Origin: a virus | Lineage: Duplodnaviria > Caudoviricetes | Strand: one strand, 5' to 3' | Virus record (IMG/VR): IMGVR_UViG_3300035208_005676 | Coordinates: 1 to 64,000 of that record | DNA length: 64,000 nt | In this document: in pieces, positions 29,751 through 38,300 of the stretch | Position numbering within the stretch: position 1 is the stretch's first letter | Layout of the letters: the number at the start of each line of letters is the position of its first letter | Position numbers and translations under genes: made by a program | The notes under the pieces: generated by a model | The model's input: the letters and a program-made list of their open reading frames with translations, nothing else | What the model was told of the DNA's origin: nothing | Databases searched by the model: none

Positions 29751-29802
29751 GGTAGGGGAAGGGAGGAGGAGAGGAGGCCGAGAGGCCAAGGGAGAAGGGA
29801 AG

Positions 29803-30042
29803 ATGTCATACCTCAGCACCTACTACACCTACACCGTCCGCGCCCTCTCTGGCCGCACCGGGCTTGACCATCTCCTCTCCGGGGTGGTCAACAGCTTCGT
29901 GCCCTCCTGCTACAGCACCGCCTACGCGGCGCAGCGCGGGGCCGAGCGGGCGATCCGCCGGGCCTGTCGGAAGGCCGGGCACCCCAGCCTGACCTTCGGG
30001 ATCGCCTACACCGTCCGGCAGGGGATGACCGCCGGCTTCTAG
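29803..30042 (+). CDS. hypothetical protein
   Basis: purine-rich leader; first gene after the promoter. Confidence 0.6.
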   Translation: MSYLSTYYTYTVRALSGRTGLDHLLSGVVNSFVPSCYSTAYAAQRGAERAIRRACRKAGHPSLTFGIAYTVRQGMTAGF

Positions 30043-30113
30043 TTGACTGGCCGCGGCGGGGAGCCGCAAGGGTATCTACCCGAGAGCCCGGGTGACCGGG
30101 CAGGGAGATCATT

Positions 30114-30437
30114 ATGCGGATCAACAAGATCGAAGTGCGCGACTCGGATTCACCCTGGAACGAAAACCTGGCCCCCGGCCGGTACTTCCTGGCTCTGGTC
30201 TGTGACGAGAACCGCGGGTGCGCCGAGCACTACAACCTGAGCACCCGGCCCTTCCGCACCAACCGCAGTCACGAGGTCAAGCTCCAGGGGTGGTGCGGCA
30301 CTACCAACAACGTCAGCGTCACGGCCCGCGGGGCCGTCGAGGTCTACCAGGACAAGGCCGAGCGGCTGCGGGTGCGGCACTTCGACGCACAGGCACTGCT
30401 CGATGAGGTCAGCCCCGACAACGAGCTGGCCGAGTAG
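30114..30437 (+). CDS. hypothetical protein
   Basis: GGGAG RBS; RTNRSHE...GWCGTTNN. Confidence 0.7.
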   Translation: MRINKIEVRDSDSPWNENLAPGRYFLALVCDENRGCAEHYNLSTRPFRTNRSHEVKLQGWCGTTNNVSVTARGAVEVYQDKAERLRVRHFDAQALLDEVSPDNELAE

Positions 30438-30475
30438 CTTCCGAGCAAGACCACGACAGGCAACCGGAGGACACC

Positions 30476-30934
30476 ATGCGCACCGTCGACCAGCTCGCCA
30501 AGCTCACCTACACCGTCCCGCCCGAGAACCAGGGCCAGATCGTCGAGGTCGCCTACGCGGTCGACGCGCAGGCCGATCTCGTGGTCAAGCGGACCGCGGA
30601 TCAGAGCTTCGCTCCCGGCTTCCCTGAGCGGGTGGTCTTCGAGGTCGCTGACGTGGACGAGATCGAGGGCGATTTCGAGCCCTGGAACCAGACTCCGGTG
30701 GTCACCGAGGACTGCTGGGATTCGGCCGAGTATCCCAAGCCCGAGGTGGCCTTCGCGAAGCGGACCCCCGGCCCGCGGGTCCGGTACTACCAGGGGACCG
30801 ACTTCGACGCGGTCCAGGAGGCGGTGGACGAAGCCGCGGGCAACTCCAAGTGGACGCCCGACTACACCTCGCAGCTGAGCCTGGGGCAGGGCTGGTACAG
30901 CGTGCCGCTGGTGAAGCGGGGGGCAGCAGAGTGA
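30476..30934 (+). CDS. hypothetical protein
   Basis: GGAGG RBS; YTVPPENQGQIVEVAY. Confidence 0.7.
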   Translation: MRTVDQLAKLTYTVPPENQGQIVEVAYAVDAQADLVVKRTADQSFAPGFPERVVFEVADVDEIEGDFEPWNQTPVVTEDCWDSAEYPKPEVAFAKRTPGPRVRYYQGTDFDAVQEAVDEAAGNSKWTPDYTSQLSLGQGWYSVPLVKRGAAE

Positions 30935-31170
30935 GCAGCAAGGCAGCACTTCGGCGGGATCGAGAACGGCGGCGTTTCAAGAGCCGGGAGGCGGCCTGGG
31001 ATTGTCTTCTGGGCCGCCTGTCGCCAAGGCAGCCGTTCCCTCCCCAGGGAGCCCCGGGGGCGGGGGACACCCCCCTCCCCAGCTCCGAGGGCAGCCCGGG
31101 GCTTCTCCGGCGCTTCCTCGGATGGCTCCTCGGGGAGCGGGAAACGCAAGCGCGGGGGAGGACGTCGTGA
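30931..31170 (+). CDS. hypothetical protein
   Basis: GTGA-coupled on both sides. Confidence 0.45.
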   Translation: MSSKAALRRDRERRRFKSREAAWDCLLGRLSPRQPFPPQGAPGAGDTPLPSSEGSPGLLRRFLGWLLGERETQARGRTS

Positions 31171-32135
31171 CCATTTTTTGCCGCTTCGACGCAGCCTTCG
31201 CCCGGAAGATGGCTGCCTGGCTCCGGGCCGGAGAGTACCTTGTGGACTGCGGAGCCGGGGAGGGTCACCTGGAGGAGGTTCTCCGGCGGGAGATCCTGGG
31301 GCTCCAAATGGTCTCCCTGGACCTTTTTCCGCAGGCGGATCATGTCCTGCCGAGGGACTGCGAGACGTGGGAGTGGAACGCGGCTTCCGTGCCGATCTTC
31401 GTCCGCCCCTGCCATTCCGGGTTTGTGGAGCGGACGGTGAAGCGGGCCTTCGCCCAGGGAGCCCGGCGGGCACTCTACGTCGGGAAGCACAGCGACTCCA
31501 ATTTCAACCTGGACTTGGACCTTCCCGGCCGGGATGCTGACGACCCGGACGCGTACACCTGCAAGCTGGCCTCTGTCTTCCGGGGCTGGTCCGGAGAGGA
31601 AGCGGAGCGGGTCTGGGAGCTGACGAGCCCGGCGGTTCTCTTCCAGACCTTCCGGCTGGTTCGGCAGCAGTCCTGGGGGCCGAATGGCTGGTACTGGATG
31701 CGGCTCCGGAGTGACGGCTGGTACGAGAACATTGGAGGAGGGCGGACCCCTCCGAGCGGGATGGAGGTTCGGGAGGAGGTTCAGGCCCGGGACTTTTTCG
31801 ATCAGCGGTTGGACTGGACGAAGAGCAGCCTTGTCGTCTCGGAGAGCCCGGCCGGCTGGCTCGGGAGGACCGGGGAATGGCACCCGTGCCGCCAGGAAGA
31901 CCACGATCTCTGCGCCCAGCTTGTCCTGCGTCGGAGCACCGCGGAGCTGGAGCGGGAGGGCTGGGTCCGGGTCTACGGGGCTCCGGGGACGGTTCGGATC
32001 TTCGGGGAGGCGACGACACTTTCCTGGTCCTGCCTTTCCGAGTGCCGGGAAGATGGCCTGGCCCGGGTTCGGCTCTCTCCGGAACAGCGTCTCTGGCTCG
32101 GGGAGCACGGGCACAAGGTCGAAGACTACGATTGA
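31167..32135 (+). CDS. SAM-dependent methyltransferase-like N-terminus fused to unknown domains
   Basis: LVDCGAGEGHL motif I; C-terminal repeat of the 29436 domain. Confidence 0.55.
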   Translation: MTIFCRFDAAFARKMAAWLRAGEYLVDCGAGEGHLEEVLRREILGLQMVSLDLFPQADHVLPRDCETWEWNAASVPIFVRPCHSGFVERTVKRAFAQGARRALYVGKHSDSNFNLDLDLPGRDADDPDAYTCKLASVFRGWSGEEAERVWELTSPAVLFQTFRLVRQQSWGPNGWYWMRLRSDGWYENIGGGRTPPSGMEVREEVQARDFFDQRLDWTKSSLVVSESPAGWLGRTGEWHPCRQEDHDLCAQLVLRRSTAELEREGWVRVYGAPGTVRIFGEATTLSWSCLSECREDGLARVRLSPEQRLWLGEHGHKVEDYD

Positions 32136-32149
32136 GCGAGGAGGGGCTG

Positions 32150-32464
32150 ATGGTAGCTCGGGATGTGAGCTTTTTCTCCGAGATCTCCGCCGAAGCGAAA
32201 CGCGTTTCGTCCCCCGTCCGGGAGGAGTGGGAGCGGTCGAAGGTGCGCCAGGCTGCGGCCGAGCTGCGGCCGGCTCCGAAGGTGAAGCGGCAGCGGAAGA
32301 CCCGGGCGGCCGTGGTGGCGGTGACGAAGGAAGAGCAGACGATCGCCCGCGCCGAGTGGGCCGTGCAGCAGACCAAGGAAGCGAAGCGGCCGGCGCAACC
32401 CGCGGCGCAGCCCGCGGGGCCGGTGCGGAAGACGTCCCGCTGGGCCGCGATGGAGCTGGACTGA
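32150..32464 (+). CDS. hypothetical protein
   Basis: GAGGAGG RBS. Confidence 0.6.
   Translation: MVARDVSFFSEISAEAKRVSSPVREEWERSKVRQAAAELRPAPKVKRQRKTRAAVVAVTKEEQTIARAEWAVQQTKEAKRPAQPAAQPAGPVRKTSRWAAMELD
32195..32210. repeat. palindrome copy 6 (GCGAAACGCGTTTCGT)
   Basis: 15/16 match. Confidence 0.9.
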
Positions 32465-32877
32465 TGGGCAAGCACAGCAAGATCAAAGTGCTTCCGGTGC
32501 GAGCGGCGCTGGCGGCAGCGGAGCGCGCCAGCCAGTATGGGCTGGCCGCGGTGGCGGTGCGCGAGGGGGGCAGGGTGTCCCGGGTGCAGTTCGTGTACTA
32601 CGACGACGACGACGACGTGGGGCCGCGGAGCGCTATCTGCTACGTCGGGGATCCGATGGGCAGCGCCGAGGTGGATGTGCGCCCGCGGGATCTGCTCACT
32701 GTGGGTGCAGGGCTGGCGCTGGCGATGGACTGCGGGCTGACGGTGGACGTGCATCCGGAGATGCTGGCCCGGCTCATGTACGATTCCGCTGTCCGGGAGG
32801 AGGCTCAGTCGGCGATTGCTGCCGCTACGCGTCGGTCCTGGGATCGGTACACAGACTGGCTGCGGCAACAGATCTGA
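32464..32877 (+). CDS. hypothetical protein
   Basis: TGATG coupling. Confidence 0.6.
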   Translation: MGKHSKIKVLPVRAALAAAERASQYGLAAVAVREGGRVSRVQFVYYDDDDDVGPRSAICYVGDPMGSAEVDVRPRDLLTVGAGLALAMDCGLTVDVHPEMLARLMYDSAVREEAQSAIAAATRRSWDRYTDWLRQQI

Positions 32878-32889
32878 GGGAGGTTTGCC

Positions 32890-33201
32890 GTGATCATCAA
32901 GTGCGAGCGTCGGACCCAGGTCCAGGTGGTGCAGGGGGTCTGCCAGGATCCCGACTGTACCCACCGGTGCTGGTACGGCCGATCCCGCGAGCCCTACCCG
33001 GACGATCGGCTGCAGAAGCTCACTTTCGTTCGGTTGGCTGCCTCGCTGTTCTGCCCGCGGAGCTTCGATGAGGGGTGGAAACGGGCTGAGGAGTGGTTCG
33101 CGGGTGGTGACCCCTGCCAGGACGCGACCGACGACTGCCCGCACATTTGCCCTTGCCTGGTCCGCCGGCCGGTGGCAGGGCAACCTTGTCAACCCCCTTG
33201 A
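32890..33201 (+). CDS. Cys-rich hypothetical protein
   Basis: GGGAGG RBS; 9 Cys. Confidence 0.55.
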   Translation: MIIKCERRTQVQVVQGVCQDPDCTHRCWYGRSREPYPDDRLQKLTFVRLAASLFCPRSFDEGWKRAEEWFAGGDPCQDATDDCPHICPCLVRRPVAGQPCQPP

Positions 33202-33214
33202 TTTTGGGTAGACT
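33186..33214 (+). promoter_or_regulatory. putative promoter of the polyvalent-protein cluster
   Basis: TTGTCA-17-TAGACT then AGGAGG RBS. Confidence 0.55.
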
Positions 33215-33235
33215 CCTTCCCCAGGAGGTCTGCTC

Positions 33236-35305
33236 ATGTCTTCAATCGGCCTGAACAACGGCAACGCCCCGGCCTTCACGTCGCGCAGCCGCCTTTCTCC
33301 TGACGTCCACCCCGATATGCCCCCTGAGCCCTCCGCGGACGCTGTGGGGCAGGGGCGGCCGATTGCCAGCCTCGACGACGTGACGGACGGGCTCGGGCTG
33401 CCTTCCGACGATCGGGCGCGGCTGCGCACCGGCCTGGAGGAAGCTGGGCGAGGCCCCGACGCGATCCGCAAGGCGGTCGCTGGTCCGCTGCGCGAGCTGC
33501 GGCAGTCGAGCCGGGATCCTCTGCTCGTCAAGACCGTGGGGCAGCGGTTCACCGCGTATCTGGGCAATGGGCTGATCAAGGGCAACGACCAGCCCCCCGC
33601 CGGCTTTACCCCGATCCCCAACAGTCGTCACGGCGGTTGGCACAAACAGGCCGGCGCGGGTTTTTTATACTATTACCCCGGAGTCGGTGTCACCCGGCAG
33701 AGCAAGGAGAACATGCCCGCGCAGCCGGGCATGAAGCAGACAGGACCGCAGCAGGGGCCCGGGGGGCAGCAGGGGCAGCCCCCTGGGGGGAAAGGCCAGC
33801 CAGCGGGGCAGCAGGGGGCCCAGGCGGGGCAGGAGCAGGTGGATCCCTACAAGCCGACCTCGACGAAGCGACCGGTAGCCGAGCTGCTCGGCGGGATGGA
33901 TCCCAAGGAGTTCAGCGGGCTGTCGAGGACCGACCAGGCCGCGAAGACAGCCAAGTATTCCGACGTGGCTGCCGAGATGGAACAGTACCAGCCACCCGAG
34001 CCCTACGACGGTGACTCCCACGCGGGCGCGGCGAAGTCGGCCGCAAAGCATGTGCGGCAGTTGCAGCGGGACGGGGTGTTCTGCCAGGATGCGGCGGAGC
34101 GGACGAACGCGCTGGTCGCCCGGATGGCCCAGGACGCGCAGGCCGCGAAGATCCCCTCGCAGCTCTTCGCCGCGCTGACCGCGCGCAACGTCGCGAAGCT
34201 GGCCCTGCAGGAGGCCAAAGCCGTCGAGCGGACGATCGGGGACCATGGGGTGCGGCATTGCTCCGTCAACGTCAAGCATTGCCATGAGATCATGGACGCG
34301 TTGAAAGCCGGCGGGCTCGCGGTCGAGCCCAAAGACTACCTCGCCGCGTCACAGATCATGATCGATCACGATATGGGCTACGCGATTCCGGCCATCCACG
34401 AAGGCGGCTTCGACGTGGGCGACAAGTTTCACCCGCAGGCGTCGCGGGTGCTCTGGGAGCAGCAGCCGGAGATGGGGCACATCTTCGGGGAGGACGGCGC
34501 GAAGGCGATGGCCCAGATCATCGAGGAGCACAGCGGGACGTCCCTGGACTGGGAGAAGGACCCGCTCGGCTCCGCGGTGCGGATGGCCGACAATACCCAC
34601 CTCTTCGCCGACAAGATGCCGGAGCTGCTCTTCGACTCCCGCAAGGGGGTCGAGCTGATGGCCAAGATCGCGTTGCTGAAGCAGGCCGAGGGTTTCGTCG
34701 GGAAGGAAGGGCAGAAGGCCGCGGGAAAGGATGCTGGAATCGGAGCCGCGGTCAACGATCTGCGGGACGCGCTGCGCCAGCACATTGACCAGCGCGGCGA
34801 CTTGCCGATCCAGTATCGGCAGCGGCTCCAGAAGGCCGCGGCTGAGATCGGGGCCAACACGGACGTCTTCCTGGCCTCGCGGCTCGCTGGCCGAGATCCG
34901 AAGTTTGCCTTCGACGCGAAGGAGAAGCGGATGGACCTGACCTGCGAGCATTCCGACGTCCGCGGGGCCATCGCGGACGTCTTCGGAGAAGACGAGCAGG
35001 ACAAGCAGTTTTCCAAGATGCTGGAAGACTTCGGCCTGAAGAAAGCGGATCAGGACAAGCTGAAGAGCCCGCCGCCGCCAACCCGGGTGGATATTCCTCC
35101 GGATGGGAAGGGATCGGTCGCCAGCTTCACCTGGAAGCCGAACACAAAGGCGAATGCCCACGAAAAGGAGTTCGCGGACGTGCTGCATAGCGTCCAGGCG
35201 GAGTGGAAGGCCATTCAGGGGGAGCAGGACGAGACGAAGAAGGCCGGGATGCTCGCCAAGTGGACCGGGGAGTTGACCAAGGCGCTGCGCGCCTGGCAGC
35301 GGTAG
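33236..35305 (+). CDS. HD-domain phosphohydrolase with N-terminal leader and repeat module
   Basis: DHGVRH...DHDMGY...HP...EH...RMAD; LIKG followed by PPAGFTPIPNSRHGGW...YYYP. Confidence 0.7.
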   Translation: MSSIGLNNGNAPAFTSRSRLSPDVHPDMPPEPSADAVGQGRPIASLDDVTDGLGLPSDDRARLRTGLEEAGRGPDAIRKAVAGPLRELRQSSRDPLLVKTVGQRFTAYLGNGLIKGNDQPPAGFTPIPNSRHGGWHKQAGAGFLYYYPGVGVTRQSKENMPAQPGMKQTGPQQGPGGQQGQPPGGKGQPAGQQGAQAGQEQVDPYKPTSTKRPVAELLGGMDPKEFSGLSRTDQAAKTAKYSDVAAEMEQYQPPEPYDGDSHAGAAKSAAKHVRQLQRDGVFCQDAAERTNALVARMAQDAQAAKIPSQLFAALTARNVAKLALQEAKAVERTIGDHGVRHCSVNVKHCHEIMDALKAGGLAVEPKDYLAASQIMIDHDMGYAIPAIHEGGFDVGDKFHPQASRVLWEQQPEMGHIFGEDGAKAMAQIIEEHSGTSLDWEKDPLGSAVRMADNTHLFADKMPELLFDSRKGVELMAKIALLKQAEGFVGKEGQKAAGKDAGIGAAVNDLRDALRQHIDQRGDLPIQYRQRLQKAAAEIGANTDVFLASRLAGRDPKFAFDAKEKRMDLTCEHSDVRGAIADVFGEDEQDKQFSKMLEDFGLKKADQDKLKSPPPPTRVDIPPDGKGSVASFTWKPNTKANAHEKEFADVLHSVQAEWKAIQGEQDETKKAGMLAKWTGELTKALRAWQR

Positions 35306-35306
35306 C

Positions 35307-38300
35307 GTGCGTGAGTATCCCCCCGGCACCGTGCGGCAGTGGCGCACCGGTCCTGCTCGGAAGGAAGCGGATGGCTCCTGGGTACCGTTGCCAGCCGGGG
35401 GGAAGTACCCGCAGGGGAAGGGGCTGCGGATCCTGTCGCTCTTCTCCGGGGCTGGGGGGCTCGACGAGGGGCTGCGGCGGGCGCTGCCCGATGCGAAGCA
35501 CGTCGGTTTTGCAGAGCCCGACGAGGCTGCCCGCGCGGTCTTGAAAGATCATTGGCCCGGGGTGCCGGTCCACTGGGATGCCCGCGAGCTGGCCGATCGA
35601 GCCGAGACGGGGAAGGACATCGGGCGACCTAACCTCGTGGTCGCCGGTTTTCCCTGCCAGGACGTCTCCCAGGCCGGTAAGGGTACCGGGATGGCCGGGA
35701 GCCGGACCAGCCTCTACCGGCACGCGCTCCGGATCATCCGCGCCACGAAGCCCGAGATCGTACTCTTCGAGAACGTCCCCGGTCTGCGCACCAACGGGTT
35801 GGCCCTGGTCCTCGCGGATCTGCACGCGGCCGGGTACGATGCAACCTGGGATCACGTCCCGGCCGCGGCGGTCGGGGCCCCCTCGCAGCGGGACCGGATC
35901 TTCCTGGTCGCGCACCGGCCCGGGGTGGAGCTGCACTTCGGCGGCGCGGCTCCGGAGCGGCACGGGGTACACTGGCGGCAGACGTGGAAGGAAGCGCCGG
36001 TTCTGTCGGCTGACGAGGAGGCCGGGGCAGAGGCGCTGCGGCGGCAAGGCGGGCTTCCGGTGACCTGGAAGGGTACCGGCAGCAAGGAGATCCTGCGGCT
36101 CGCCGGGAACGCGGTAGCGCCCCCCGTAGGGCACTACCTGGGGGAGATCCTGGCGGGCGCGACCGAGGGCAAGGAGCAAGCGGCCGCGGCGAAGCCCTGG
36201 CCGGCGGAGCTGCCGCGGGCCGGTGTGCTCCGCGGCGGCGGTGTCGAGGAGCGGAAGCCCGCGCATCCGCTCGGAGCCCTGCGGAACACCGCGCAGGTGG
36301 GCGACGTGGTCTTGATTCAGGACCCGGCCCCCTACAACCCGCCTGGGGAGGACGCGTACGACGGCGCGAGCGCGGTCGACGAAGCCTACCTCGGGCAGGT
36401 GGTCACGATTCAAGGGCGCGGCTCCGAGGATCAAGTGGACGTCGAGACGCCGAACGGCGACGTCGTCCCCTTGCCCTGGACGTGGCTTGCGCGGCTGCCC
36501 ACGCCGACCGCGACCGAGGGGAAGGGTGGGATCCCGGCGAGCTTGCCGGGCTTCCCGGGACAGGAGTTTGCAGCGCGCAAGCGTGGCGGCCAGCTGCGGC
36601 ACATGGTCACCGGGAGCGTCAATCACGACTTCGCAGCGTGGGCGCAAGGGTTTCCGCAAGGGTGGTTTGACGCTGTCCAGGCAGAGCAGCCGCGGGAGAA
36701 GGAAGGGGAGCAGCTGCCGCTGATCAAGGCCGGCTACCCTGTCGGTAGCGTGCGTCTTTTTCGGGCAGCTCCGGACACGAATTGTGACGATTCGGGCACA
36801 ACTTCGTTCGCTGCTCGGGAAGGCGATGCTGTTGCATACCTGGACAACCCCGGTTTTGGCGGAAGCAAGCTCTACACGGTGGTTATTTCTCCTGTTTTGA
36901 GGGAGACTCTCGACCTGATTGAGGGGGAAGCCCCGAGTTGGCTTGCCGGGGCAATTCGATCTCATGGTGCCGCCGGGAAGGTGTGGGCGCTGACCGCTTC
37001 AGAGGTAGTACGGGCCGCTTTGGCGGAGCATGGTATTCGATGGGTCAGATTTACTGACGACTTTCCTGTTGGTTGCGAGACGTGGGCTCTTGTGGGATGG
37101 GAAGACGGGTCCACCAGTGACGTTGAAGACGAAATGGAGGAGATCAAAACAGGAGGAGAAGCTGTGTCTTCGGGGCAGCGTCATTCTTCCTGGCCTCCGA
37201 CCGGCCCCGGTTGGCAGGCGATCCCGAAGGGGAAGCACGGCGGGTTTCGGCGGCGGGCCGCGGACGGCGACTGGGAGTACACCTATCCTTCGGAGCCTAG
37301 CACACTGCAGAAGGGCAAAGCCTACCCGCCCGGGACGATCCGCCAGTGGCGGGGCGGCCCGGCCCAGAAGCAGGCGGACGGGAAGTGGAAGCGGTTGGAG
37401 CCCACCGCGAAGGTGACCGCGAAGGGCCATCCCAAGATCTTCCGGTATCCGACCGAGACGGTCTATGACGTCACGCCGGCCGGGCCGGGGTTGGTGCGGC
37501 TGACCCGGGAGGGTACGCAGTACGGCCCGACCATGCCCGAGGCCAGCGTCAAGCACTTTGTCAACGACATCGCGGGCCGGGTGGAGCTGCCCCCCTCGGG
37601 CAACCCCGACATCGACGCGGTGACCTCGGGGCAGGCGAAGCTGCTGGGCAAGGGTGACGACGGGATCGCCTTCCAGGTAGGGAACAAGGTCGTCAAGGTG
37701 TCGACGACGGTCCCGTACCACCCGGAGAATCCAGGGCACCGTTCTCCCCAGGAAGCGATCGAGATGTTGCGCAGGCAGAGCGAGACGGGGAACAAGCTCG
37801 CTGATCTGGGGGTGCCGGGGATCCAACGGAGCGAGTACATCGTTCACGGGGACAAGGGCTTCCAGATCAAGTCCTGGGTCGAGATCCCGGAGAAGCTGTC
37901 GCAGGACCAGCTCGACCAGCTGCAGGAGTCGATCCTGGCCATGCACCGGGCCGGCTATTCCTTGAACGACGAGCCCCAGGGCGGGCTTGGCCCGGACGGG
38001 CGGATGGTGCAATTCGACGTGGGCAAGGCCGCGCCGACGAAGGAGTCCAGTTCGCGCTGGGACAACAGCGAGGAAGACGACCTCAGCCGGCTGCGGTACC
38101 TCTACCAGCGCAACGACGTGCCGTTCGTCCGGTTGGATCGCACGGACGGCTTGCGGTTGGTCGACAAGGCCCAGGAGATGCTGGACCGGGACAAGCCGCC
38201 GCTGCGGATGATCGGGATGATCTTGCAGGACGCGGCCGAGAAGATCGTCAAGGAAGCTCCGCGCATGGGCTCACACTGGGCTGGCAAGGCGCAGGCGGAG

